Counted from the stretch's first letter, positions 30,272 to 40,964 are shown. The stretch is 64,000 bases of DNA from a bacterium (GCA_963669175.1 OY769902.1:512001-576000); one strand, 5' to 3'. Made by a program: numbers and translations. Notes: generated by a model from the letters alone, not told the origin.

Positions 30272-30593
30272 CTCGCACGAATTTGTGCATCCAGGCAAAG
30301 TTGTGGCAGGTCTTGACGCGACATTCCGTTTTCGGCTTTCGCTATGTATTTCTGAATGCACATGATACTGAAACCACCTCTCGTCCTGTTATTGTCGCGT
30401 TGTGACCTGCCACCGGTACCAGCACTCTAGCTGTCGTCAGGTCACTATGTGATGCCTGATGACGATCTATCATGCGAAATAGCAGCTGTGAAGTCGGACA
30501 GGTGTCTGAAATTGCGGAGAAGAACAAGAAAAAGGCATCACATCAAGACCTGACGAAACGTGCTCGTCGATAATATGCACAAATTCTTGTGAG
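30272..30593 (+). mobile_element. 322-bp MITE-like element, copy 1
   Basis: Ends ctcgcacgaatttgtgcat / atgcacaaattcttgtgag; near-identical to 46930-47251. Confidence 0.75.
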
Positions 30594-30690
30594 CAGCCAT
30601 AATTTTCTCAGTAAAAAACATTGTTTTCATCTTGGACATATATTTCTATCCTGTCCATCTTGTGAATGCAGTCCATCCAGTAAGTGCAAT

Positions 30691-31188
30691 TCATTCTGTC
30701 GAAGAGTTCTCTTCAAACCGTTTATCCGCCTGTTCCACATCGGAGGGAATACGATCCAGCCATCCGGCACGGCTGTCAGGAAGCGCTTCGAAGCGTGGCA
30801 CATAGGGTTTGATATCCAGAATCGGGGTGCCATCCAGCAAATCCACTCCCTTGATCGTAAGGACACAACCTTCCACCTTGACCACTTCCACCAGGTGCAG
30901 ACCAATCGGGTTGGGACGTGAAGGCGCACGAGTGGCGAACAGCCCACGTTCAACTGTATCCCGGTACGGAACCACTTTCGGGCGCCACCCCCCGGACTTG
31001 TGCAGCCAGCTTAACAGCCAGACATGTCCGAAGAGACCGACATCATCGAGTGCGTTACGGTATGCTTCATCAAGCACAACCTGTCCTTCAACATCTTTGC
31101 CGTAACGCGGTTGAATGGGTGTGCCATATTGTTCTTTGAAAGGTGTGTGAATGATCCCGATTGGGGTTACCTGGAACTTATCACGCAT
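30691..31188 (-). CDS. trmO: tRNA (N6-threonylcarbamoyladenosine37-N6)-methyltransferase TrmO/TsaA
   Basis: PIGIIHTPF, RGLFATRAPSRPNPIGL, DLLDGTPILDIKPY. Confidence 0.92.
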   Translation of the reverse strand: MRDKFQVTPIGIIHTPFKEQYGTPIQPRYGKDVEGQVVLDEAYRNALDDVGLFGHVWLLSWLHKSGGWRPKVVPYRDTVERGLFATRAPSRPNPIGLHLVEVVKVEGCVLTIKGVDLLDGTPILDIKPYVPRFEALPDSRAGWLDRIPSDVEQADKRFEENSSTE

Positions 31189-31320
31189 GTTGCCTCCCCC
31201 ACCTGAAAAAGTTTGTTTTTTTACAAAGACAATATACGCAATGATTAATTCATCTGTAACTTATAGTATACCAACAAGATGTCCACTTCATGGTACACAA
31301 ACTCTTTTCCGGAGGTTGCC

Positions 31321-31566
31321 ATGGCATCCTGTGAATTGACGGATCGATGTGCGTTCTTCAACGACAAACTGCCTGACCACAAAGGGCTTGCTGAAACGAT
31401 GAAAGCGCAGTATTGCAAAGGCAATTGGAAAGCCTGCGCCCGTTACATCATCTCTCAGAAACTGGGGCGACGGCAGGTTCCCATTAACCTTTACCCTGAC
31501 ATGATCGAACAGGCCGAAAAGCTGCTGGTCCTGCGAAAAGGTTCAGTATCTGCCTACAACCCCTGA
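31321..31566 (+). CDS. Small Cys-containing hypothetical protein
   Basis: ggagg SD; C-x5-CAFF ... YCKG ... CARY ... VP.NLYP. Confidence 0.7.
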   Translation: MASCELTDRCAFFNDKLPDHKGLAETMKAQYCKGNWKACARYIISQKLGRRQVPINLYPDMIEQAEKLLVLRKGSVSAYNP

Positions 31567-31601
31567 TGATTCTGCGAAGAATAATGTCAGACAATTCAGT
31601 T

Positions 31602-31857
31602 CCGTCAGGTCTTGACGTGGTGCAGTTACTGGAGAGGTATAATGTCGAAGCTCTATAACTTTTTCAAAATAGAATCGAGCTTCTGTTGTTGATTACATTG
31701 CAGCACGTTGTGACCTGACGATCTGACATGACTCTCGCGAAGTGGCAGGTCACAACACGACAAGATAAAGATTTTATATTTGATTTCTCATGACAGATCC
31801 CTGAACAGGCAATTTCAAGTAACCTGACCAACATGTCGCGTCAAGACCTGCCACAAC
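31602..31857 (-). repeat. Diverged copy of the inner part of the 322-bp element (no outer TIRs)
   Basis: Same order of gtcaggtcttgacg, gtgacctgacg, gcaggtcacaa and gtcaagacctgccacaac blocks as 44031-44286. Confidence 0.75.
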
Positions 31858-32011
31858 GAAATATGATTCTGCTCTGAAAACTCGACACCAGAGAATGAGC
31901 AAAACGTGATGTGCATCAAAGCATCATATGTTTTATTATGTGCAGTTTAGTATATGCTTGGGTGGGCACCGAAGCAGACGAGGAAGATCCCGTGCGATCG
32001 GGAGGGGTACC

Positions 32012-33922
32012 ATGCGAACATTCATTTCAGGTTTTCTGACCATTACTTTGCTGCTGGTCTTGGCGGGCTCCGGGCTTGCCGGGTTCAACCAGATCAGTGT
32101 GACCGGGGCAGATGGAGAAGAAATTCCGCTCTACAACAAGAGTTACGCCCTGGTTATCGGCGTCAGCCAGTATACCAACGGCTGGCCGAAACTGCCCGGT
32201 GTTGCTCAAGACGTAATCGACGTGCGTAAGGCGCTCGAAAAGCAGGGATTCGAGGTCGTGCAGGTGATGAATCCTACCAAAGAGCAGCTTTACGACGCGT
32301 TCGAGAACTTCATCAATGACTACTGCCGTGACCCGGAAGCGCGTGTCCTGCTTTACTTCGCCGGGCATGGGCATACAGTCCAGCAGGCCTGGGGCGATGA
32401 GATGGGCTATATCATCCCGGCCAACGCTCCCAATCCGAACATCGACCTGGACGGTTTCCTCGATACTGCCATGGACATGCAGCAGGTCGAGGTTTACGCC
32501 AAAAAAATCCAGTCAAAACACGCCATGTTTGTCTTCGACGCCTGCTTTTCCGGCTCGATTTTCGCGCTGTCGCGTGCCATTCCGGACCATATCACCTACA
32601 AGATCGCCCAACCGGTGCGCCAGTTCATCACTTCCGGCAGTGCCAATGAAGAAGTGCCTGATGAAAGCGTGTTCCGCAGCCAGTTTGTGGAAGGGATCAA
32701 CGGTGAAGCGGACCGTAACGGCGACGGCTATGTGACCGGGGCGGAGCTGGGAGAATATTTGCAGGAAACAGTCGTCAATTACTCCCACAGTTCGCAGCAC
32801 CCGCAGTATGGTAAAATCCGTCACCCGAAACTGGATAAGGGCGACTTTGTTTTTGTCGTGGAAGAGCACAAACCGGCAACACCAGCGCCGTCTGCCAACC
32901 TGCCGCAGTCCGAAGGCGGTTTGGACCTGGGTGATTTGCTGGAAGCGGCTGACGCCAGCGAAGCGGAAGTAACCGCATGGAATCAGCAGCTTACTTCCAT
33001 GACCACCGCTTATGAAGACGTGGAAGCCCTGGAGCAGCGTGACATTGATCCCGGTCTGAAGGCAGAAGCCTGGAAACGGTTCACCGAAGCCTATACCGAA
33101 GACAATCCTTTTACGACCCGTGACAACGAGATGCTCTCTTATGCCGGGGAGCAGATGGCCTACTGGAGTAATCCGGACGCGACCATGCGTTCCATTGCCG
33201 GTGGGCTGAACGGTCCTCTGCCGGGCATGACATTTGTGAAGATCGATGCCGGAAATTTCATGATGGGCTCGGACGGACGTGAACCCTCAGAAAAGCCGAT
33301 CCACAATGTGGAGCTGCCCCCCTTCTACATGATGACCACCGAGGTCACGCAGGAGATGTGGGCCGAGGTGATGGAGCGGAATATTTATGAACAGCGCGAC
33401 ATTGCCAACCCCAACGGGCAGTTGCGTGGCGTCGGGGATGACTACCCGGTTTATTACGTATCCTTCGATGATGTGAAAGAGTTCATCAGCAAGTTGAACC
33501 AGATAGACCCGGGCAAGAATTATCGCTTACCGACTGAGGCGGAATGGGAATACGCCTGCCGTGCCGGAAGCGCCACCAAGTTCGCCAGCGGCAACACCAC
33601 GGAGGATGTGGCCAAGGTGGGCTGGTACAATACCAACTCGCAGCAGTCTACGCACCCGGTTGGCGAACTCGAGCCGAATGCGTGGGGATTGTATGACATG
33701 CACGGGAACGTGGAAGAGTGGTGCGAAGACCTGTTCAGCGAATCCTATGAAGGCGCGCCCGTAGATGGAAAACCCTGGCTGCCAGGCAACGGTATCTACC
33801 GTGTAACCCGTGGCGGTGGCTGGAACCACAACGATTATAATATCCGTTCCGCACGACGGTTCGGGAAAGATCCCTCCAACCGGTATCATAACCTCGGATT
33901 CAGGTTGGTGAGGGAGAAGTAG
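32012..33922 (+). CDS. Secreted caspase-family (C14) protease domain fused to FGE-sulfatase (SUMF1-like) domain
   Basis: Signal peptide; ALVIG, YFAGHG and FDACFSG dyad; TEVT, RLPTEAEWEYACRAG, PNAWGLYDMHGNV.EW, GFRL. Confidence 0.88.
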   Translation: MRTFISGFLTITLLLVLAGSGLAGFNQISVTGADGEEIPLYNKSYALVIGVSQYTNGWPKLPGVAQDVIDVRKALEKQGFEVVQVMNPTKEQLYDAFENFINDYCRDPEARVLLYFAGHGHTVQQAWGDEMGYIIPANAPNPNIDLDGFLDTAMDMQQVEVYAKKIQSKHAMFVFDACFSGSIFALSRAIPDHITYKIAQPVRQFITSGSANEEVPDESVFRSQFVEGINGEADRNGDGYVTGAELGEYLQETVVNYSHSSQHPQYGKIRHPKLDKGDFVFVVEEHKPATPAPSANLPQSEGGLDLGDLLEAADASEAEVTAWNQQLTSMTTAYEDVEALEQRDIDPGLKAEAWKRFTEAYTEDNPFTTRDNEMLSYAGEQMAYWSNPDATMRSIAGGLNGPLPGMTFVKIDAGNFMMGSDGREPSEKPIHNVELPPFYMMTTEVTQEMWAEVMERNIYEQRDIANPNGQLRGVGDDYPVYYVSFDDVKEFISKLNQIDPGKNYRLPTEAEWEYACRAGSATKFASGNTTEDVAKVGWYNTNSQQSTHPVGELEPNAWGLYDMHGNVEEWCEDLFSESYEGAPVDGKPWLPGNGIYRVTRGGGWNHNDYNIRSARRFGKDPSNRYHNLGFRLVREK

Positions 33923-33949
33923 AAGCGCACATAAGAGATTTGCACTTTA

Positions 33950-34325
33950 TTGGCCTCGCCCGGCTTGTCCGGCGGGGTCTATATTAATTTATTTCAAGAG
34001 GTTAGTCCACTTGTTTTATTGGTATCCCGACAGCAAGCAGTCGGGCCATGCACTTCTGTGTAGAACTGGTAGAAACGTGCAGGATTATTTCGTCAAGAGC
34101 GTTATTCCACTCCCATTCGGGTGGCCCGATTCGCAAGTGGTTGATTTTCAACATCTGATGCAGCCAGAATACTCCCATACATACAAATTTTATCGCTTCA
34201 CTTTGAGCGCATCGGGACTGAGCAGAAGACACAGGCAAAAGGGGACAGTCACCTTTTCGACTATTTTCATCACTCAATAGCACACTTTTACGCGACGAAA
34301 AGGAAACAGTCCCCTTTTGCTGCAT
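33950..34325. repeat. Mosaic spacer: family D, family F short, 92-bp element (reverse, 34125-34216), family G
   Basis: Direct matches to copies in 37609-38314. Confidence 0.8.
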
Positions 34326-34460
34326 ATAGAATGTTCAACTCCCCTAACGCCTCTATCCTGTCGCATCGTTTTGTGGACAACTTCATCCAAAAGGTGTTCC
34401 AGGGAAAGGCGTGGGGCACTTTTCCCATCTTGTACACTTTTTTCACATGCATGTGAGGAT

Positions 34461-36353
34461 ATGATGGACACCACCACCAAGATCCTGGCGATACTCGCCG
34501 TGATCATCCTGGCCGCGATTCTGATTGCCGCCAACTGGTCCGGGATTATTAACAGCATGATGCCCGCCGACAGTCGTCCGGGTAAAATCGAATTCAAGGC
34601 CGAGCCGGTTACTGACGCCGAATTCGAGAAGATCGCCTCCCAGCTCCTGGCAGCCGATCCCGGCGGGTATGACCATATCGACCGTTTCCGAAAGGCCGGA
34701 ATCCGTGCCTACGAAGGCCCGCAGACCTGCTTACAGTGCCACGCCGAGATTCAGATCGAGGACGCCCGTACCGGCGCAGTGAAAACGGTCGACCTGATTG
34801 AAAACGTCACCACATCGGTCCATTACCGTTTCTACAGCATGGGCCATCCCGATATTTATGGTTTCAACGGTGAAAATGCAGACAATTTCCCCATGGGCAA
34901 GATCGACCGTCCCTGCCCCAAACCGGGTTCCTTCGCGTTTACAGCATGGGCGGAACTGGTGGAGCTGGAAGACGGCACCGTGTTGTCTGAAGGCTGCGGT
35001 CAGTGCCACATGGGCGGCCAGTACCAGGCGCCGCTGGGCGAGATCATGCCCGCCTACCATACCCAGCAAAAGGAATGGGAAGCGATTGACTGCCTGATCT
35101 GCCACGCGATTGATTATGACATGAATCAAAAGCAGGTCGTGGTTGATGATAATGGCCGTGCGCGCTGGGATCAGGACCGCAGCATGCTGGCCATGATGTC
35201 CATCGATTCTCCGACCTCGGAGAACTGCCTGCGTTGCCACCAGCACAATTTCGGTGGTGATATCTACGTGGACAGCACCGGCCATGAATATTTCCAGTCG
35301 ATGCTGAACAAGGGCCATGAACGTCCCCGCATCGCCCATCCGGGCAGCAAACGTGGCACACCGTTCTCCCCTGCATGGGACGTCCACGCCGCAGCGGGCA
35401 TGGAGTGCATCGAATGCCATACCACCGAAGGCCATTATATCGCCAAGGGTACCCACACCACGACTCAGCTCGCCAATGACCTGGTCGGCGTTGAAGTAAG
35501 CTGTGAAAAGTGCCACGGCAGCGAGCCACATTCCGCCAATGAGGATCTGGCGGATTTCTACAACATGCACACGGAAAAGATCGCCTGCCAGACCTGCCAT
35601 ATTCCGAACCTGCAACCGGATAACGCGACCATCCGTGATTTCGCCACACCGGAATTCGAAGAGCACCCGGGTATTTACGTGTACACCGACCATGAGAAAC
35701 TGGTGGACGGCCATGATGGCGGCATCATGTATCGCTGGTGGAACGGTGACGGCTCTTTCCTGGGTAACGCCATCGGGGACAACCCCAACGGGGAAAACCT
35801 GTACCGTTTTTATAAGCCGGAACATGTATGGCCGGAATTTGCCGACTTCGATTATGAAGGCTGGTATGAAAAGGTGATGCGTCCCATTGCCAAGCAGAAG
35901 CCGTCAAAATTGTACGCGATGAAACGCTTTAACGGGCGGCAGCATATCGACCTGGAGAACATCACCCCGTTCGGCGGTATGTATGTCCCCTACAACCTGC
36001 CGACTTATTACACCACCGGTGATCCGAAGGAAGCGGGCAAGAAAGAGCTGCACAAGAGCATGATGGGAATGATGTACGGCTTCATGTTCAAGACCTACCT
36101 GATGGATACGTTCATGTCCTTCATGGATGCGGACGGCTGGCACGACAGCCACTTCGCCGAGTTGCAGCAGGGCCAGCACATGGAAGCGCGGTATATCCCG
36201 CAGGATGCGTCCATGGAAATCAGCCACGCTATCCGTAGAGATGGCGCCCTGAGCTGCGACCAATGCCACAGCCCGGATGGTGTGCTCGACTGGGCCGAAC
36301 TGGGCTACCCGGAAGACGAAGTCGAGATGTACCAGATGAACCCGCTGGAGTAA
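34461..36353 (+). CDS. Octaheme c-type cytochrome (tetrathionate reductase Otr-like) with N-terminal anchor
   Basis: Eight CxxCH motifs: CLQCH, CGQCH, CLICH, CLRCH, CIECH, CEKCH, CQTCH, CDQCH; DVH and H upstream spacing typical of Otr-like proteins. Confidence 0.85.
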   Translation: MMDTTTKILAILAVIILAAILIAANWSGIINSMMPADSRPGKIEFKAEPVTDAEFEKIASQLLAADPGGYDHIDRFRKAGIRAYEGPQTCLQCHAEIQIEDARTGAVKTVDLIENVTTSVHYRFYSMGHPDIYGFNGENADNFPMGKIDRPCPKPGSFAFTAWAELVELEDGTVLSEGCGQCHMGGQYQAPLGEIMPAYHTQQKEWEAIDCLICHAIDYDMNQKQVVVDDNGRARWDQDRSMLAMMSIDSPTSENCLRCHQHNFGGDIYVDSTGHEYFQSMLNKGHERPRIAHPGSKRGTPFSPAWDVHAAAGMECIECHTTEGHYIAKGTHTTTQLANDLVGVEVSCEKCHGSEPHSANEDLADFYNMHTEKIACQTCHIPNLQPDNATIRDFATPEFEEHPGIYVYTDHEKLVDGHDGGIMYRWWNGDGSFLGNAIGDNPNGENLYRFYKPEHVWPEFADFDYEGWYEKVMRPIAKQKPSKLYAMKRFNGRQHIDLENITPFGGMYVPYNLPTYYTTGDPKEAGKKELHKSMMGMMYGFMFKTYLMDTFMSFMDADGWHDSHFAELQQGQHMEARYIPQDASMEISHAIRRDGALSCDQCHSPDGVLDWAELGYPEDEVEMYQMNPLE

Positions 36354-36355
36354 TC

Positions 36356-37045
36356 TGGATTCACAAGATGTACAGGATGGTGAAGGATTGACAGGATTGA
36401 TTGTTCATGGACTTACAGGATGATAGGACAAGAATGGTAAGGATGAGGTTAGTTGAATGTACAGGATATGAAGGATGGTAAGGATATAAAGGATAAAAAC
36501 GCTTTTTATGACAAGGGGCATGATAACGACACATTTTCTGTTATCAAACAATGCTGACTAAAGCAACACGTTCTTTACCGTTTATACATATTTGCGTCTT
36601 AGCGTCTTTGCGTGAGACATGCTTTTAAGAATTGTTATTGAAATAGTTTTAGGGACACTGGCATAGTCCCCCTCCTGATAATCGCCCTTCTGTTCGTCAC
36701 AGAAGGGCGGTTCTCGTTATTTGTCCCACAGGATAATAGGCTACAAGGATGTCAAGGATGAGTTTTGTTGAATGTACAGGATGATCAGGATAGCAAGGAT
36801 TTTAAGGATAAGCTGTTCTAACTACTATTTTATAATAACCTTGCAACTTCCAAACTTATTCAAGGTTGTGTGGCCCGGTGTGCTTGCACCCGGGGTTCTG
36901 TTGATTGTACAGAATGGAAAGGACAATAAGCTTGCTAATCCCCCACCAGGCATGGTCAGGCTACCTTCCACCTTCTTTACGTTTTTTACCTTCTTTGCTT
37001 TTTTCACCTTTTTCACCTTTTCCACTGCCCACTTTTTTCACTTTG
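36356..37045. repeat. Mosaic spacer: two family A AGGAT runs, family B, gcccggtgtgcttgcacccggg palindrome, ttttttcac runs
   Basis: Repeats visible directly; reverse counterpart at 39381-39443. Confidence 0.8.
36681..36712. terminator. GC-rich hairpin downstream of the cytochrome gene
   Basis: cgcccttctgt-tcgtc-acagaagggcg. Confidence 0.55.
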
Positions 37046-37107
37046 CGAGCCACTTTACTTCCCCGTTTTTCCCTGCTATGTTCTGCCCAACAAAAGGAGA
37101 ACGATTC

Positions 37108-37554
37108 ATGGCCTCAGCATTAGGCGAGTCACGCATAGAAGATGGCGCAGTCTTGACAAGAATCCGGGTTCCCTACGCCGATACCGACCAGATGGAGCAT
37201 GTTTATTACGCCAATTACCTGATCTATTTCGAGATCGGACGCAACGAGTGGATGCGCGCCCTCGGTATGGCCTACAGCCAACTGGAGGAAATGGGTTGGG
37301 GGGTGCCTGTGGCGGAAGCGCATGCACGCTACAAGGGACGTGTGTTCTACGATGATATCATCGAGGTGAAAGCTACTGTTACACTGCCCACGCCCACGCG
37401 CATTCGTTTTGATTATGAAATCCGGCGCCCTGGCGAAGAACGTGTGCTGGTGGAAGGGTACACCATCCATGCGGTGGTGGACATGAAAACCGCCAAGGTC
37501 TGCCGTGTGCCGGAGGTTTTAACCGACCTGATCACCAAGATGGAAGGAGAATAA
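37108..37554 (+). CDS. Acyl-CoA thioesterase (YbgC/4HBT hotdog family)
   Basis: RVPYADTDQMEHVYYANYLIYFEIGR; aggaga SD. Confidence 0.9.
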   Translation: MASALGESRIEDGAVLTRIRVPYADTDQMEHVYYANYLIYFEIGRNEWMRALGMAYSQLEEMGWGVPVAEAHARYKGRVFYDDIIEVKATVTLPTPTRIRFDYEIRRPGEERVLVEGYTIHAVVDMKTAKVCRVPEVLTDLITKMEGE

Positions 37555-37608
37555 GGATGGTGAAGTGTCAGCACAGAATATTGGATAGAGTGTAAAGCTA
37601 CTTCTCCT

Positions 37609-38314
37609 GCAAATGGGTACAGTCACCTTTTCGATCACATGCATCTCTCAATAACACACCTCTGCGCCACGAAAAGGAAACAGTCCCCATTTGCTGCATG
37701 TTTTTACTTGGCCCCGTCCGGCTTGTCCGGCGGGGTTTATTTTAATTTATTCAAGAGGTTAATCCATCTATTGTTGTCCACACGAAAAGGGGACGGAATC
37801 CTTTTCCTATGAGCACACCCGGACACTTTTGCTATGCTTGCGGAAAAGGAAGCTGTACCCTTTTCGCAGTGATGAACCCTGATTGTTCGCGCATCTTTTC
37901 GCAGTAGTCAAGCTTGGGAGTGTATTCATCACCCGACCTGCTCCTCCAGCGCATCACAGGTTCAATATCCGCTAACGTAGCCATCACTGAAGGAATATCA
38001 ATCTTAACGAGCGGCAAGTCGGGCCATACGGGCGAGTGGATGCAGCGAGCTCACTGGCAAATGGGTACAGTCACCTTTTCGATCACATGCATCTCTCAAT
38101 AACACACCTCTGCGCGACGAAAAGAAACAGTCCCCATTTGCTGCATGTTTTTACTTGGCCCCGTCCGGCTTGTCCGGCGGGGTTTATTTTAATTTATTCA
38201 AGAGGTTAATCCATCTATTGTTGTCCACACGAAAAGGGGACGGAATCCTTTTCCTATCAGCACACCCGGACACTTGTGCTATGCTTGCGGAAAAGGAAGC
38301 TGTACCCTTTTCGC
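37609..38314 (+). repeat. ~259-bp near-identical direct repeat (37609-37867 and 38057-38314), itself made of families G+D+G, flanking a 92-bp element
   Basis: The two copies differ at only a few positions. Confidence 0.92.
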
Positions 38315-38465
38315 GCTGTCGGTACCAGACAATGTGACACATTTTTTTTCATCAGTCACCCGCCTCATCCGCTCAAGGATTCTGCATAACACGATTCTCC
38401 ATGCTGGCAATTGTATACCCGGCACTGTATTTTGATTCTTTCGGCCAGGTAACCAGGAGTAGACT

Positions 38466-39368
38466 ATGCAGCGGCGTGACTTTATCCGTACGACCGGAGC
38501 GGCGGGTGTAGGCGGATTCGTGTTGGGTTTTCCCGTAGTGAAGACTTTTGCCCAGGAGAACCGTGCGGACCTGGTGCTGGTCAAGAATGGCGGTCCGAAG
38601 GAGCTGGTACGCAAGGCGCTGGAGCTGATGGGCGGCATCGGACGTTTTGTCAAGCCGGGCCAGACAGTTGTCCTGAAGCCGAACATGAGCTGGGATCGCA
38701 CCCCGGAATACGCCGCCAATACGAACCCGGAAGTCGCCGCCGAGATGGTGAAGCTCTGCCTCGAAGCCGGGGCGAAGAAAGTGCTGGCTTTTGACCGTAC
38801 CTGCCAGGAAGCGCGACGCTGCTACACTAATTCCGGGGTGGAGAAGGCCATGGATGACGCAGGCGCGAGTGTGCGTTTTATCCGCGATTCCCTGTTCGAA
38901 CCAGTAAAAATCGAGAACGGCCTGGCGCTTACCGAATGGGATTTCTATCGTGACGCTCTCGAAGCGGATGTGTACATCAACCTGCCGGTGCTGAAACATC
39001 ATTCCCTGTCACGCCTGTCGCTCGGCCTGAAAAATACTATGGGCCTGATCGGCAAGAACCGTGGCAAGATCCACACTTCGTTTGACAAGAAGATCGTTGA
39101 TTTGAACCGTGTGCTGGTGCCTCAATTGACCGTGTTGGATGCGACACGAATCCTGCGATCAAACGGCCCCTCTGGTGGAGATATCGCGGATGTGGAAGAG
39201 TGGAAGACGGTCATCGCCGGAACCGATCCGGTGATCGTGGATGCATGGGGCGTTAAGCTCTTCGGCCTCGAACCGGCCTCGCTCGGCTGGCTTCGTTACG
39301 CGGAACAAGCCGGATTGGGCAGCATGGATACGGCCACGCATGTTCCGTTGGAGTATTCATTTATTTGA
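38466..39368 (+). CDS. Tat-exported DUF362 family protein
   Basis: MQRRDFIR twin-arginine signal; VVLKPN, TNP.V, INLPVLKHH, LKN.MG, DPV..D. Confidence 0.88.
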   Translation: MQRRDFIRTTGAAGVGGFVLGFPVVKTFAQENRADLVLVKNGGPKELVRKALELMGGIGRFVKPGQTVVLKPNMSWDRTPEYAANTNPEVAAEMVKLCLEAGAKKVLAFDRTCQEARRCYTNSGVEKAMDDAGASVRFIRDSLFEPVKIENGLALTEWDFYRDALEADVYINLPVLKHHSLSRLSLGLKNTMGLIGKNRGKIHTSFDKKIVDLNRVLVPQLTVLDATRILRSNGPSGGDIADVEEWKTVIAGTDPVIVDAWGVKLFGLEPASLGWLRYAEQAGLGSMDTATHVPLEYSFI

Positions 39369-39380
39369 AGTGATAAAGCA

Positions 39381-39606
39381 GGCAGTGAAAAAGGTGAAAA
39401 AAGTAAAGAAGACAGATACCCGGGTGCAAGCACGCCGGGCCACGCGCCTTTATCATAAAAAACAGTCTTTTATCATTGATATCTTTACCATCCTGTAAAT
39501 TCAATAAGAAATCTCACCTTTGACATCCTTCTATCCTATCATCCTGTGAGACTATTCGTTTTCTTCATCCTGTTCATCTTTTCCTATCCTGTAAATCCTG
39601 TGAATC
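39381..39606. repeat. gtgaaaaa runs, cccgggtgcaagcacgccgggcc palindrome, family A in ATCCT orientation
   Basis: Direct comparison with 36869-37045 and 44344-44433. Confidence 0.8.
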
Positions 39607-39672
39607 CCTGCTGCGTTGACGAGTATCAGGTTGTATCTTGCACCTGACCATTCGACAACAACGAGCCCCTTC

Positions 39673-40590
39673 ATGTCCACGCCCACACCTGACCCGAATC
39701 CCCTGCACCGCTGGCGGGCGTTTCTGCTTTCCCTGGTGGAGATGACGTTGCTGGCTGTCGGGTTTGGCGCGTTGGCGTTGACACGCTCTCTCGATATCGT
39801 ATCCGCATTTTCCTATAGCATCAACCTGGCGTTGGGCTTGTTGTTTGTCGCGATACTGAAGATCTGGTTGACGCTCCTGGCCGGACGTGTGCTGTTTCGT
39901 TCCGATGTCGCTGCTTTGCTCGGCGCAGCCCTGATTGGGGCTTATGCCGCGGCCGGGAATGAACTGGTCACGCTTGGCGAGCTTCATGTCGGGGTGCCGA
40001 TCCTGGTGCTGGTGTTGGGAACCGGAATCGCCTTTTTTCAATGGAGCCGCCAGCAGCCGGAACTAAACCGTGTACGAGTCTGGACACTCACCGTTGGGTT
40101 GTTTTTCTTCTGGCTGATCATGGGCGTATGGATTACCCGGGAATTATTGTCCACGCCGATCAATCTTCCGGTCACCTTGCACACGCCGGGTTTGTTACTG
40201 GAATGGTTTGCGCTGCTTCTGGCCGGGCGCAGTCTCGCGGCCTGGTTGGCGGAAGGTGGTGTGTACAGCCGTTGGAGCAGTTTCCTGCTGCTATTGGGCG
40301 CAGGACCGTCACTCCCGGTCATGTACCTGCTGGCGCACCTGTTGTTTGCCCTGAAAGAACGGTTGAGATCCATTGGAAACGGCTGGTTGTTGCGCGGGTT
40401 GTACATCCTTTCCACTCTGACCGGAATGTGGTTGTTTTATGTGCATCAGCATATCTGGGGATATGTATATGCGTTCCTGTTCCTGTTGTGCGCGGTGGTA
40501 GTGCTGGTTATCAGGAAACGGCTGCTGCGAGTGGTTGCGGGGTCGCTGCTGGCGCTCGGCTTCGCGGTACTGATGGAAATCATCCGCTGA
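39673..40590 (+). CDS. Hypothetical polytopic membrane protein
   Basis: Many Leu-rich hydrophobic segments; no recognised motif. Confidence 0.65.
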   Translation: MSTPTPDPNPLHRWRAFLLSLVEMTLLAVGFGALALTRSLDIVSAFSYSINLALGLLFVAILKIWLTLLAGRVLFRSDVAALLGAALIGAYAAAGNELVTLGELHVGVPILVLVLGTGIAFFQWSRQQPELNRVRVWTLTVGLFFFWLIMGVWITRELLSTPINLPVTLHTPGLLLEWFALLLAGRSLAAWLAEGGVYSRWSSFLLLLGAGPSLPVMYLLAHLLFALKERLRSIGNGWLLRGLYILSTLTGMWLFYVHQHIWGYVYAFLFLLCAVVVLVIRKRLLRVVAGSLLALGFAVLMEIIR

Positions 40591-40598
40591 TTTGTCTT

Positions 40599-40870
40599 GA
40601 CTCACAGGATATTAGGATAGAAGGATAGAAGGATAGCAAGGATGAACTGATTTATTTACAAGATTTAAATGATAGATAAGGATGATCAGGATAAGATTGA
40701 CTGAATTTACAGGATGGAAAGGATTGTATGGATAAAATATTGATAATTTTAATGATAAAATCATGACCGGGACATAATTTTCAATATTCAAACAATGCCA
40801 ACTATTTCAGAACTTTGTTTACCTTCTTTCCGTTTTTTCTTTCTTTGCGCCTTTGCGTCTTTGCGTGAGA
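40599..40870. repeat. Family A AGGAT run + AT-rich core + family B
   Basis: ctcacaggatattaggatagaaggatagaaggatagcaaggatg; tttgcgcctttgcgtctttgcgtgaga. Confidence 0.88.
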
Positions 40871-40964
40871 TATCATCTATTCAGTGCTGGCAATTCTTCC
40901 TCAGGTTTGATGCTTATCTTCAGACCCGTATATTGGCTCAATCGTTCACCAGACGGGGCATCTC

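Noticed and set aside
33780-34460. Complete diversity-generating retroelement at the FGE gene
   Set aside because: No template repeat, reverse transcriptase or Avd gene is visible in the window
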